Assembly (NCBI GenBank): GCA_964445475.1
Contig: CAYUME010000002.1
Coordinates: 1-35,806, forward strand
Length of the DNA stretch: 35,806 nucleotides
Source of the DNA: an uncultured Planctomycetia bacterium
Lineage (GTDB): Bacteria; Planctomycetota; MHYJ01; CAYUME01
Reading direction: 5' to 3'
Positions 8,504 through 16,809 of the stretch are shown here, piece after piece (within the stretch, counting starts at the first letter, position 1; each line of letters opens with the position of its first letter). Both the position numbers and the translations under genes were made by a program. Below the pieces are notes generated by a model. It did no database searches. It was not told the origin of the DNA and was given only the letters and a program-made list of their open reading frames with translations.

Positions 8504-8532
8504 TTGATCGCCCCGTCCGGCCCATCTATAAT
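8504..8532 (+). promoter_or_regulatory. sigma70-like promoter TTGATC-17-TATAAT for the 8564 gene
   Basis: TTGATC at 8504..8509, 17-nt spacer, perfect TATAAT at 8527..8532, 31 nt upstream of ATG 8564. It is an AT-rich island in GC-rich DNA. Confidence 0.5.
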
Positions 8533-8563
8533 GTGTCCATGTGCATAATTTAGGCGCTCTGCC

Positions 8564-10663
8564 ATGACGAGAACGCTGGCCGCCGTCGTCGCCCTCTCCG
8601 CCGCCCTCCTCGCCCTGGCGCCGCCGGCGCCGGCCTCGGACGCCAAAGAGCTGGGCGCCAAGGTCAAGGGGATGTTCGCGGGCAAGGCCGAGCTCTACGG
8701 GAAGAACATCCTCCGGATCGCCTACGACTTCTCCGACGAAAAACAGGCGGAGGACTTCAAGCAGGCCTGCGAGGGGAAGATCGTCGACGGGCAGCTCGAG
8801 CTGAAGGGGGCCGGGGGCGGCGTCTCGTTCTGGAACGTCAAGGGGGCGGTCTTCGAGAACTACCTCTCCGTCGAGGCGGACGTGACCCTCGCGAGCTCGA
8901 GCGCGGAGGCCGGCGTGCTCATCTTCTTCTCCTTCAAGGAGGGGGAGGGATACGGGTTCTCGCTCAACGGCGGCCGGGACCAGACCGGTCGCGCCAAGCC
9001 CAGCCATTACATCCGCCGCTGGGGCACGAAGTCGATGGGCGGGGCGACGTACTGGGACGTGAACAACCTCGGCACAACCAGCAAGCCCGAGATGCAGTCG
9101 GGCACGAAGTACCGCTGGAAGGCCGTGGTCCGCCAGGGGGTGCTCCAGATGACCCTCAACGGCGCCCCCCTGCTGGCGAAGCAGGACACGGCCTACCGCG
9201 AGGGGTATCTCTGCCTGTGCGCCACCGGCGGGAGCGTCCGCTACGACAACGTGAAGATCGAGGGGGCGATCGACCCGGACTGGCTCCGCAAGGCCCTCTC
9301 GGAGGCGGACACGCTCGCCACCCGCGAGAAGATCGGCGAGGAGCTGAAGAAGGAGGGGCCGAAAGTCTTTCGCCTGGAGCCCCTCTCGGTCGAGTCGAAG
9401 GCGTCGATGGACCGAATCGACAAGGGCGCGTCGGCGGCCTACGCGGAGGGGCGGAAGCTGCAGATGACCGGGCAGGTCGACAAGGCGATCGAGCAGTTCT
9501 CGTCGGCCCTCCAGGCCTCCCCCGGGTTCGCCGCCGCGCTCTACCGGCGCGCCCAGTGCCGGATGGCGAAGGGCGAGGAGGACCAGGCGGAGGCGGACCT
9601 CGACGCCGCGCTCGCCCAGGACGCGGGCTTCTACGAGGCCGTCAAGGAGAAGGGCGACCTCTGTGCCCTTCGCAGTCTCTTCCCCCAGGCCCTGTCGTTC
9701 TACAACAAGGCCCTCGACGCGAAGAAGGACTACGGCGAGGCGCTGGCCGCCCGCGCCTACCTCTATCTGATGCAGGGGGAGCGCGACAAGGCGATGAAGG
9801 AGATCGAGGCCGCGGCCAAGATCGCGCCCGACGACTTCGAGGTCCAGAAGGTCCAGCGCCAGCTCAAGAACGTCACCGACGGCCCCCCCTGGGCCAAGGA
9901 GAAGACCTTCGTCCGGGAGACCGCCCACTACCTCGTCAAGACCGACATCAGCGACCGGGCGGCGGCCTTCTACGCCTCCCACCTCGAGGCGATCTACGGC
10001 ATGTACACCGGCCGGTTCGGCTACCGCGCCGAGCAGAAGAACAAGGCCCGCGCCTACATCTTCGAGACCCGCGAGGGGTACCTCACCTACGCCGAGCTCT
10101 CCACCAGCGACCGCCCCGAGATGTCGCTCGGCTACTACCATCCCCACTACAAGGAGCTCCTGATCTTCGAGGGGCTCGACAAGGAGCTGACCCTCCGCGT
10201 CCTCTACCACGAGGGGTTCCACCAGTTCCTGCACCAGTTCCTGCACCAGCCGCCCTACTGGTTCAACGAGGGCGTGGCCGAGTTCTTCGGGGCCACCCGC
10301 ATCGAGAACGGGCGGGTGGTGGCGACCGGGCTCGTCCAGGAGGGCCGCCTCCAGACCATCAAGTCGATTCTCGGCACGAAGTACGTCAAGAGCTTCTCGG
10401 ACCTCCTGAAGTCGTCGGCCCGGAAGGACTTCTACGGCGGCTACGTCGCCGCGAACTACGCCCAGGCCTGGTCTGTCGTCCACTTCTTTTTCGGCCACGA
10501 GGGCGGGAAGTACGCGCCGATGCTGCGCGACTACTATAAGGGGGTCCGCGACGGCGGGTCGGCCGAGCAGGCCTACGAGACCGCCTTCGGGAAGGCGAAC
10601 CTGGGTGTGATGGACCGGGAGTGGCAGGAATACGTCAAGAAGCTGGAGGCGCCGCGGAAGTGA
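8564..10663 (+). CDS. secreted multidomain protein: N-terminal jelly-roll (DUF1080/LamG-like), TPR repeats, C-terminal DUF1570-type HExxH metallopeptidase-like domain
   Basis: Signal peptide MTRTLAAVVALSAALLALAPPAPA. The N-terminal domain ends in GGSVRYDNVKIEG, as DUF1080-like modules do. TPR-like helices: AIEQFSSALQASPGFAAALYRRAQC..., ALSFYNKALDAKKDYGEALAARAYLY. C-terminal LYHEGFHQ...WFNEGVAEFF matches a gluzincin-like HExxH...E motif. Confidence 0.85.
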   Translation: MTRTLAAVVALSAALLALAPPAPASDAKELGAKVKGMFAGKAELYGKNILRIAYDFSDEKQAEDFKQACEGKIVDGQLELKGAGGGVSFWNVKGAVFENYLSVEADVTLASSSAEAGVLIFFSFKEGEGYGFSLNGGRDQTGRAKPSHYIRRWGTKSMGGATYWDVNNLGTTSKPEMQSGTKYRWKAVVRQGVLQMTLNGAPLLAKQDTAYREGYLCLCATGGSVRYDNVKIEGAIDPDWLRKALSEADTLATREKIGEELKKEGPKVFRLEPLSVESKASMDRIDKGASAAYAEGRKLQMTGQVDKAIEQFSSALQASPGFAAALYRRAQCRMAKGEEDQAEADLDAALAQDAGFYEAVKEKGDLCALRSLFPQALSFYNKALDAKKDYGEALAARAYLYLMQGERDKAMKEIEAAAKIAPDDFEVQKVQRQLKNVTDGPPWAKEKTFVRETAHYLVKTDISDRAAAFYASHLEAIYGMYTGRFGYRAEQKNKARAYIFETREGYLTYAELSTSDRPEMSLGYYHPHYKELLIFEGLDKELTLRVLYHEGFHQFLHQFLHQPPYWFNEGVAEFFGATRIENGRVVATGLVQEGRLQTIKSILGTKYVKSFSDLLKSSARKDFYGGYVAANYAQAWSVVHFFFGHEGGKYAPMLRDYYKGVRDGGSAEQAYETAFGKANLGVMDREWQEYVKKLEAPRK
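10220..10249 (+). repeat. perfect in-frame 12-bp tandem repeat, 2.5 copies (CACCAGTTCCTG)
   Basis: caccagttcctg caccagttcctg caccag encodes HQFLHQFLHQ immediately after, and including, the second His of HEGFH. Confidence 0.9.
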
Positions 10664-10703
10664 TCCGCCCGCCCGGCAGGGACTCGCCTCGCGGCCGGTC
10701 CCC

Positions 10704-11099
10704 TCAGGCGCCCGTTTCCTCCAGCAGCCCCGCTAGGAAGACCCGAAGCTCCTGCGGGAGACGCCGCCGCCGGTCGGCGACGAACGCCGCGGCGCGCCTC
10801 AGGATCCGCGGGTCGGGGATGTCGTGCAGCTCGACGAGCGGGCTCATCTTCATCCGCCCCGACCGTTCCCCCGGGTCCACCGTCCCCGTCTTCGTCGCCC
10901 GGCCCTTCATCCAGCTCACGTAGTCCTGGTGTTCGCTGTCGGGCCGGTCGAAGGCCAGCTCGAACCCGACGAGGTCGCCGGTCGAGAGCCCGCGACGGAT
11001 CAGCAGGTCTCCGTTCGCGGAACGGAACCACTCCTTCTGGATCCCCTTCTCGTCCTGGCGGAGGAAGCGCGTCTTGACGCGGCGGAGGGTGTCGGTCAT
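10704..11099 (-). CDS. hypothetical protein (131 aa), downstream of queA on the same strand
   Basis: ATG at 11099 (MTDTLRRVKTRF...) lies inside track ORF 10704..11138. GC3 is high and the composition is non-repetitive. No family recognised. Confidence 0.6.
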   Translation of the reverse strand: MTDTLRRVKTRFLRQDEKGIQKEWFRSANGDLLIRRGLSTGDLVGFELAFDRPDSEHQDYVSWMKGRATKTGTVDPGERSGRMKMSPLVELHDIPDPRILRRAAAFVADRRRRLPQELRVFLAGLLEETGA

Positions 11100-11186
11100 G
11101 GCGGATCTCCACAAAGGCCGCGGGGATTGTATCCGCAAAGGTCCCGCCGGTCACGATCCCCGCGCCCCGGCGGCGGTCCCCGCGGC

Positions 11187-12236
11187 TCACGCGATCAGCA
11201 TGGCGTCACCGTAGCTGTAGAACCGGTATCCCGCCAGCACCGCCTCACCGTAGGCGGCCAGCACCCGCTCCCGGCCGGCGAGTGCGCTCACCAGCATGAG
11301 GAGCGTGCTCCTCGGGAGGTGGAAGTTGGTGAGGAGGCCGTCGACGGCGCGGAAGTCGAACGGCGGACGGATGAAGAGGTCCGTGGGCGCGGCGTGGGGG
11401 ACGAGGCCGGGGCCGCGCGCGGCGGACTCCAGCGCCCTGCACGTCGTCGTTCCCACTGCGAGGACGCGCCGCCCGGCCGCCTTCGCCGCGTGGATCGCCC
11501 GCGACGCCGCCTCGCCGATCTCGTAGCGCTCCGCCTCCATCCGGTGGGCGTCGACCAGCTCCGTCCTCACCGGCTGGAAGGTCCCGGGGCCGACGTGGAG
11601 CGTGATGGACGCGGTGGCGACGCCGCGTCCGCCGAGACGGTCGAGGAGTCCGCGCGTGAAGTGGAGTCCCGCCGTGGGTGCGGCGATCGATCCCGCGGCG
11701 CGGGCGTAAACGGTCTGGTACCGGCGCAGGTCCGCCGCCCGCCGGTCGTCCCCCGCCTTGGGCCGCTTGATGTAGGGGGGGAGCGGCGCGCGACGGGCAT
11801 CCCCCGCCCGCGGTCCCAGCGGGTCGGCGTCGAACCGCATCCGTCCCCGCGCCCCCATCCAGGCCTCCAGGGTCCCCCGTACCCGGCCGAAGGCGAGCGA
11901 CTCGCCGACGAGCCGCCCCCCGTGCTCGGCGAGGACCTCCCAGGCGGGAGTCTTGTCGCCCGGCCCGCCGGGATCGACGGGGCGGACGAGCAGCACGGCG
12001 ATCCTTCCCCCGGTGGCGCGGGTGCCGACCAGGCGGGCCGGGATGACGCGGGAGTCATTGAGGACCAGCAGGTCGCCCGGCTGGAGGAGGTCCGGGAGGT
12101 CGCGGAAGCGGGCGTGTCGGGGATCCCCTCCCGTCCGTCCCAGGACCATCAGGCGCGAGGCGTCGCGCCGCGCGGGGGGGGCCTGCGCGATCCGTTCACG
12201 GGGGAGCTCGAAGTCGTAGTCGGTCAGGCGGTTCAT
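11187..12236 (-). CDS. queA: S-adenosylmethionine:tRNA ribosyltransferase-isomerase
   Basis: MNRLTDYDFELPRERIAQAP N-terminus, VLNDSRVIPARL, PLPPYIKR, YQTVYA, GSIAAPTAGLHFT, HVGPGTFQPV, AVGTTTCRALES, LLTNFHLPRSTLLMLVSA. Start 12236 is preferred over 12251 because a plus-strand promoter occupies 12245..12273. Confidence 0.92.
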   Translation of the reverse strand: MNRLTDYDFELPRERIAQAPPARRDASRLMVLGRTGGDPRHARFRDLPDLLQPGDLLVLNDSRVIPARLVGTRATGGRIAVLLVRPVDPGGPGDKTPAWEVLAEHGGRLVGESLAFGRVRGTLEAWMGARGRMRFDADPLGPRAGDARRAPLPPYIKRPKAGDDRRAADLRRYQTVYARAAGSIAAPTAGLHFTRGLLDRLGGRGVATASITLHVGPGTFQPVRTELVDAHRMEAERYEIGEAASRAIHAAKAAGRRVLAVGTTTCRALESAARGPGLVPHAAPTDLFIRPPFDFRAVDGLLTNFHLPRSTLLMLVSALAGRERVLAAYGEAVLAGYRFYSYGDAMLIA

Positions 12237-12244
12237 GATATTGT

Positions 12245-12273
12245 TTGACACCCCGTCACCTGCATTCTATCTT
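12245..12273 (+). promoter_or_regulatory. sigma70-like promoter TTGACA-17-TATCTT for the 12332 gene
   Basis: TTGACA at 12245..12250, 17-nt spacer, TATCTT at 12268..12273. SD GGAGG at 12316..12320 precedes ATG 12332. Confidence 0.45.
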
Positions 12274-12331
12274 GTTTCATCGTAAAGTCATGCGTTCCCA
12301 TGCGGTATTCTTACCGGAGGTTCATGACGCC

Positions 12332-13204
12332 ATGCGCGCAACGACCCATCTTTCACGCACCGCGTGTCTCGGCGTGGTCGTTGCGGCGCATGCCGTTCTT
12401 TCCGCAGCCGCCCAGGACACGTGCGAGCTGAAGCTGCAATCTGCAGTGGGGGAGCGACGCCTGGTGGGCATCGAGACGACAATCGACGCGACGATCACCG
12501 CGACCGATCTGGAAGAGAAGAAGACCGCCCGCTCGATTTTCACGCGGAAACAGGAGTCGTTCGCCGAGGAGATGGTGGTGGTCGACGACCGGAAGGCGCC
12601 CATCCAGGTCCGCTTGAACTGCCTCAGCTCGACCGTGGAGGAGCGGACGGCGGGCGACACGGCGGGCGGCCTCCATCCGTCGTCCCTGCAGGGCCGGGTC
12701 GTCACGGTGACCCGCGAAGGGGAGGGCTGGACCGTCATCCCGCTCGGTGGGGGCTCGCTCGATGCCGACGCGGCCGCGTCGCTGGCCCGTTGGCTGGACC
12801 TGCCGCTGTTGCTGAAGGCGGGGACGGTGAAAGTGGGCGATTCGTGGACGGTGAAGAACGCCGAGCGGCTGGCCTCCCTCGGTCTCGGGAAAGAGACCGG
12901 CACGCCGGAGCTCCGCTGCACGCTCGGCCGGATCCTTCCCGGAACGCCCCTCCGCGCGGAGGTGTCCGTATCGGTCCGGATGGACAAGGGGAAGGAAGGG
13001 GAGGAGAGCTACCTGAAGGGCCAGCTGGTCGGCCTCCTCGTTCTCGATCTCGCCGCGGGCAAGCCGCAGTCCTTTTCGTTGTCCGGGAGCTTCCGCGCCG
13101 GCCACGCCGTGCTGGACGCGAACGGGACCCCGATCGGCCGGATCGACATCCAGGCCCGGCAGGTCCAGCTCAAGATGAGCTTCGAGGCCCCGGCGGCGAA
13201 ATAG
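12332..13204 (+). CDS. secreted hypothetical protein
   Basis: ATG 12332 is preceded by GGAGG. MRATTHLSRTACLGVVVAAHAVLSAAAQ is a signal peptide. The composition is beta-rich. Its stop lies only 3 nt from the convergent alr stop. No family recognised. Confidence 0.7.
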   Translation: MRATTHLSRTACLGVVVAAHAVLSAAAQDTCELKLQSAVGERRLVGIETTIDATITATDLEEKKTARSIFTRKQESFAEEMVVVDDRKAPIQVRLNCLSSTVEERTAGDTAGGLHPSSLQGRVVTVTREGEGWTVIPLGGGSLDADAAASLARWLDLPLLLKAGTVKVGDSWTVKNAERLASLGLGKETGTPELRCTLGRILPGTPLRAEVSVSVRMDKGKEGEESYLKGQLVGLLVLDLAAGKPQSFSLSGSFRAGHAVLDANGTPIGRIDIQARQVQLKMSFEAPAAK

Positions 13205-13207
13205 CGC

Positions 13208-14356
13208 TCACCGATACAGCCGGTCCACCCGCCGCCGGCCGATCCGGCAGACGATCTCGTACGGGATCGAGCCCGCCTTGGCGGCCACATCTTCAGCCCG
13301 GATCTCCTCCGTCCCGTCCCGCCCGATGAACGTCGCCACATCCCCCTCCTGGACCTCCGGCACCGCCCCCACGTCGAGCATGACGTAGTCCATGGTGACG
13401 CTGCCGACGACGGGAACGCGGTGACCTCGGACGAGGGCCGAGCCGGTGTTGGTGAGGGCGAGCGGGTAGCCGTCGGCGTAGCCGATCGGGACGGTGGCGA
13501 CGCGGGTGTCCGCCGTGGCCATCCAGCGGCGCTCGTACCCGACGGTCCGCTCGCGGGCGAGGGGCTTCACGTGGAGGATGCGGGCGCGCAGGGCGAGCGA
13601 CGGCTCGGGCCGCCATCCGAGGCGGGCGCAGCAGCCGGGATCCATGCCGTAGAGGGCCAGCCCCGGGCGCACGAGGTTGAACCGGGTCTCCGGGAAGGCG
13701 AGTGCCGCGGCGCTGTTCGCGGCATGGACGAGCGGGGGCTCGATCCCGGCCTTCGCCAGGCGTCCCAGGAGGTGCCGGAAAGCGACCAGCTGTTCCTGCA
13801 TCGCTGTCTTGTTCATCGAGCCGGCCGAGGAGAAGTGGGTGCAGACTCCCTCGAGCTCCAGCTCCGGGAGGATCCGGATCCGTTCGGCGATCGGGAGCAC
13901 CGCCTCGGGCGGTGCGCCGAGGCGGCCCATGCCGGTGTCCGCCTTGATGTGCACCCGCGCGCGGCGGGGCTCCGTCGCGTTGCCGGGGACCGCGCGCACC
14001 GCTTCGCTCAGCCGGTCCACGCCCAGCGCGTCGTCGATCGTCACGGCGAGGTCGTGCTCCACCGCCGGCTCGTACTCCTCCGGCGTCAGCTTCCCGAGGA
14101 TCAGGATGGGGATGTCGATCCCGGATTTCCGCAGCTCGACCCCTTCCCGCGCGTCGGCGACGGCGAGCCCGTCGACCCCCGTCGCCGCGAGGGTGCCGGC
14201 GACGGGGACGGCGCCGTGGCCGTAGGCGTCGGCCTTGACGACCGCATAGATTCTCACGGCCTTGCCGACCTGCTGCCGGAAGGCGCCCAGGTTCCGGCCG
14301 ATCGCGGCAAGGTCGATCTCCGCCCAGGCGCGGCCGGGGGTCGGGATGGGGCTCAT
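13208..14356 (-). CDS. alr: alanine racemase
   Basis: AWAEIDLAAIGRNL followed by the PLP-lysine motif AVVKADAYGHGA. The rest, including the C-terminal beta domain (VGYERRW, IGYADGYP, VVGSVTMDYVMLDV), is typical of Alr. Confidence 0.9.
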   Translation of the reverse strand: MSPIPTPGRAWAEIDLAAIGRNLGAFRQQVGKAVRIYAVVKADAYGHGAVPVAGTLAATGVDGLAVADAREGVELRKSGIDIPILILGKLTPEEYEPAVEHDLAVTIDDALGVDRLSEAVRAVPGNATEPRRARVHIKADTGMGRLGAPPEAVLPIAERIRILPELELEGVCTHFSSAGSMNKTAMQEQLVAFRHLLGRLAKAGIEPPLVHAANSAAALAFPETRFNLVRPGLALYGMDPGCCARLGWRPEPSLALRARILHVKPLARERTVGYERRWMATADTRVATVPIGYADGYPLALTNTGSALVRGHRVPVVGSVTMDYVMLDVGAVPEVQEGDVATFIGRDGTEEIRAEDVAAKAGSIPYEIVCRIGRRRVDRLYR

Positions 14357-14704
14357 GGCTCGTCCTTACAAGGGGGGGCCCCGGCCGGCACAGACATCCG
14401 GCACAAGGGGCGGCTCCCCCTTTCTATATCGGCCATTTGGGATTCCGAGGGGAGGGAGCGACGTAACCGGCCGATGCCGGTTGCGTCGAGGCGCGCATAT
14501 GCTTATAAATATGTGATGGCACAATATAGTGGGGGGTCGATGTGTCTCCGGAGTTCTTTGGAGACTGACGCGTCGGGGGGCCTCTGCCGTGTCGCTGCCC
14601 TCCTCCCGCGCGGAGGCCCCAACGGCCCCGAAAGAGATCGCTGATCATCGCATAAAATGGCACCAGACGGCCATTTGGAGACCCCTTCACACTTCTCTAT
14701 GCAG

Positions 14705-14733
14705 TTGACATCTTCCTCCCAGAGCGCGATCAT
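14705..14733 (+). promoter_or_regulatory. possible promoter TTGACA-17-GATCAT for the beta-helix gene
   Basis: TTGACA at 14705..14710, 17-nt spacer, GATCAT at 14728..14733. SD GGGAGG at 14782..14787 precedes GTG 14793. Confidence 0.3.
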
Positions 14734-14792
14734 TTCAGGGGTCCTGAATCCCCCGCGTTCGCGGCTTGTCATCCCAGCCCTGGGAGGTCCTC

Positions 14793-16667
14793 GTGCTGCC
14801 GAGTCAGGCGATCCGGATCGCCGAGCTGCTGGCCGCCGCGCCCGGGGGCGCCGGCGCCGCGGAGCCCGGCGGCCCGCCCCGCGTCTTCCACGTCGACGCG
14901 GCGCTCGGTGACGACGCGAAGGACGGCCTCGCCCCGGATTCCGCCTGGCGCTCCCTCGGCCGGGTGAACCGGGCCGAGCTCCGTCCGGGCGACAAGGTCC
15001 TCTTCAGGCGCGGCGGCACTTGGCGCGGCCAGCTTGTGCCGCAAAGCGGCGACGCCTCGGGCGTCGTCTCCTACGGCGCCTTCGGGGCGGGGAAGAAGCC
15101 GCTCCTTCTCGGCTCCGCGGCTATAGACCGGCCCGAGGACTGGCAGCCTGCCGGACCTGGCCTTTGGGCGACGGCGCCCCTGCGCTTCGAGCCAGGTGCA
15201 CCGCTGGCCGACCTGCAGCAGGCCCGGTGGGGGCTCCACCAGGAGGGCGGTGCCGCGTGCCGCCTGGTCCCGATCCCCCCCGGCGGCGAGGGGCACCCCG
15301 GGTACCGCCTGGAATGCGACCAGCCCGGCACCGCCCCGAACCACATTCAGCTGACCGTTCCGGGCCTGTCCGTGCACGACGGCGGGTACTACCTGTTGAC
15401 GCTGCGCGCGACGTGCACGCCCCCCGCGAAGCCTTTCCGCGCCGTGCTGATGAAGGACGGCCCGCCCTGGACGGCGTACGCCGACCCGGACGCGCCCTTC
15501 GTCCCCGGCGCGGTGTGGGGCGAACAGACGGTTCGCTTCCAGGCCCGTTGCACAGCCGGGGACGCCCGTCTCACGCTCTTCCTGGGCGGCGCGCTGTCGC
15601 CGGGCTCCATCCTGCTGTTTCAGCCCGGGACGCTGGCGAGCGCGACGTGCAGCCAGCCGATCCCGCTCTCCGTCGACGTCGGCAATATCGTCTTCGACCA
15701 CGGGGCGTCGACCGGCGTGAAGAAGTGGAGCGTGGCGGACCTCGCCCGGGAGGGCGACTTCTTCTACGACGCGCGCGCCTGGCAGGTGACGCTCCGTTCC
15801 GCCGGAAACCCCGCGACGCGCCACCGGAGCATCGAGCTGGCCCTCAATCGGCACATCATCGACGAGGGGGGGCGCGGCTTTGTCACGTACGAGGGCCTCG
15901 CGCTCCGCTACGGCGCCGCGCACGGGATCGGCGGCGGCGGGACCCGCCACATCACCGTCCGCGACTGCGACCTCTCCTGGATCGGCGGCGGCCACCAGAC
16001 GACGCGGCCGGACGGGAAGCCCGTCCGCTTCGGCAACGGCGTCGAGTTCTGGTCGGGCGCGCGCGACTGCCTCGTCGAGGGCTGCCGTCTCTGGGAGATT
16101 TACGACGCCGCCCTGACCAACCAAGGCGACGGCGAGAATCTCCAGGAGAACATCGCGTACCGGCGGAACATCATCTGGAACAGCGAATACTCCTTCGAGT
16201 TCTGGAACCGCGGTCCCGCCAGCCGCACCCGGAACATCCGCTTCGAGCACAACACCTGCGTCGGCGCCGGCCGCGGCTGGGGCCATCGCCAGCGCCCCGA
16301 CCCCAACGGGCGGCACCTCATGTTCTACGACAACAGCTCCGTGACCGAGGGGGGTGTCATCCGCTTCAACGTTTTCTGCGACGCGACGGACAGCCTCCTG
16401 CGTCTCCACGGGCGCGACTGGACCGCGGTGCTGACGATGGACTCCAATGTCTGGTTCCAGCGCGAGGGGCCGATGCTGCTCTGGGGGCGGGAGACGGTGG
16501 GGGGGGACCGTTTCGCGGCGTTCCTGGGGGGGCGCGGGCTGGAGGCGCGCGGGATCGTGGCCGACCCGGCGTTCGTCGACCCGGCACGCAACGACTATCG
16601 CTTAGCGCCCGACAGTCCCGCCCGCGCCATCTCGGACGGAGGCCTTCCCCCCGGCGCGCTGCCGTGA
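14793..16667 (+). CDS. right-handed parallel beta-helix repeat protein with an inserted CBM-like beta-sandwich (putative polysaccharide-active enzyme)
   Basis: GTG 14793 lies 5 nt after GGGAGG. The track start TTG 14766 is possible. The N-terminal FHVDAALGDDAKDGLAPDSAWRSLGRVNRAELRPGDKVLFRRGGTW is typical of beta-helix proteins. An approximately 200-aa insert follows, then repeats such as ITVRDCDLSWIGGG, GVEFWSGARDCLVEGCRLWEIYD, NIAYRRNIIWNSEYSFEFW, IRFEHNTCVGAG. No signal peptide is seen. Confidence 0.8.
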   Translation: MLPSQAIRIAELLAAAPGGAGAAEPGGPPRVFHVDAALGDDAKDGLAPDSAWRSLGRVNRAELRPGDKVLFRRGGTWRGQLVPQSGDASGVVSYGAFGAGKKPLLLGSAAIDRPEDWQPAGPGLWATAPLRFEPGAPLADLQQARWGLHQEGGAACRLVPIPPGGEGHPGYRLECDQPGTAPNHIQLTVPGLSVHDGGYYLLTLRATCTPPAKPFRAVLMKDGPPWTAYADPDAPFVPGAVWGEQTVRFQARCTAGDARLTLFLGGALSPGSILLFQPGTLASATCSQPIPLSVDVGNIVFDHGASTGVKKWSVADLAREGDFFYDARAWQVTLRSAGNPATRHRSIELALNRHIIDEGGRGFVTYEGLALRYGAAHGIGGGGTRHITVRDCDLSWIGGGHQTTRPDGKPVRFGNGVEFWSGARDCLVEGCRLWEIYDAALTNQGDGENLQENIAYRRNIIWNSEYSFEFWNRGPASRTRNIRFEHNTCVGAGRGWGHRQRPDPNGRHLMFYDNSSVTEGGVIRFNVFCDATDSLLRLHGRDWTAVLTMDSNVWFQREGPMLLWGRETVGGDRFAAFLGGRGLEARGIVADPAFVDPARNDYRLAPDSPARAISDGGLPPGALP

Positions 16668-16718
16668 GGATGGCGGGATGTTGTCCGCGGGCGGGGGGCG
16701 GGGCCACGTCCGCGGAAA

Positions 16719-16760
16719 GCAACAGACGGCGCGGCGGTTGTATGCCGCGCCGTCTGTTGC
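16719..16760. terminator. perfect 17-bp inverted repeat between convergent genes (bidirectional terminator candidate)
   Basis: GCAACAGACGGCGCGGC (16719..16735), loop GGTTGTAT, GCCGCGCCGTCTGTTGC (16744..16760). A second bulged hairpin, GAAGGAATGCGC/GCGCATCCTTC, follows at about 16773..16798. Confidence 0.55.
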
Positions 16761-16809
16761 GAAGTGAGCCATGAAGGAATGCGCGAAGCGCATCCTTCGT
16801 GGCGAGCGG

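Noticed and set aside
8360-10498. A 712-aa ORF antisense to the DUF1570 gene. Similar very long track ORFs occur at 26934..30476 (-), 29633..32854 (+), 18890..20920 (+), 16595..18277 (-), 14769..16409 (-), 6754..8685 (-) and 4730..6160 (-).
   Set aside because: Their translations are Arg/Gly/Pro/Ala/Asp-rich low-complexity strings with no motifs. Each lies opposite, or out of frame with, a gene that has clear family signatures and high GC3. Long spurious ORFs are expected at this GC content because stop codons are AT-rich.
14430-14678. Interpreting the 11-nt direct repeat CGGCCATTTGG as target-site duplication of a MITE-like insertion.
   Set aside because: The segment between the copies has no terminal inverted repeats and no transposase remnant. 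An 11-mer repeat alone is weak evidence. It is kept only as a detail of the intergenic finding.
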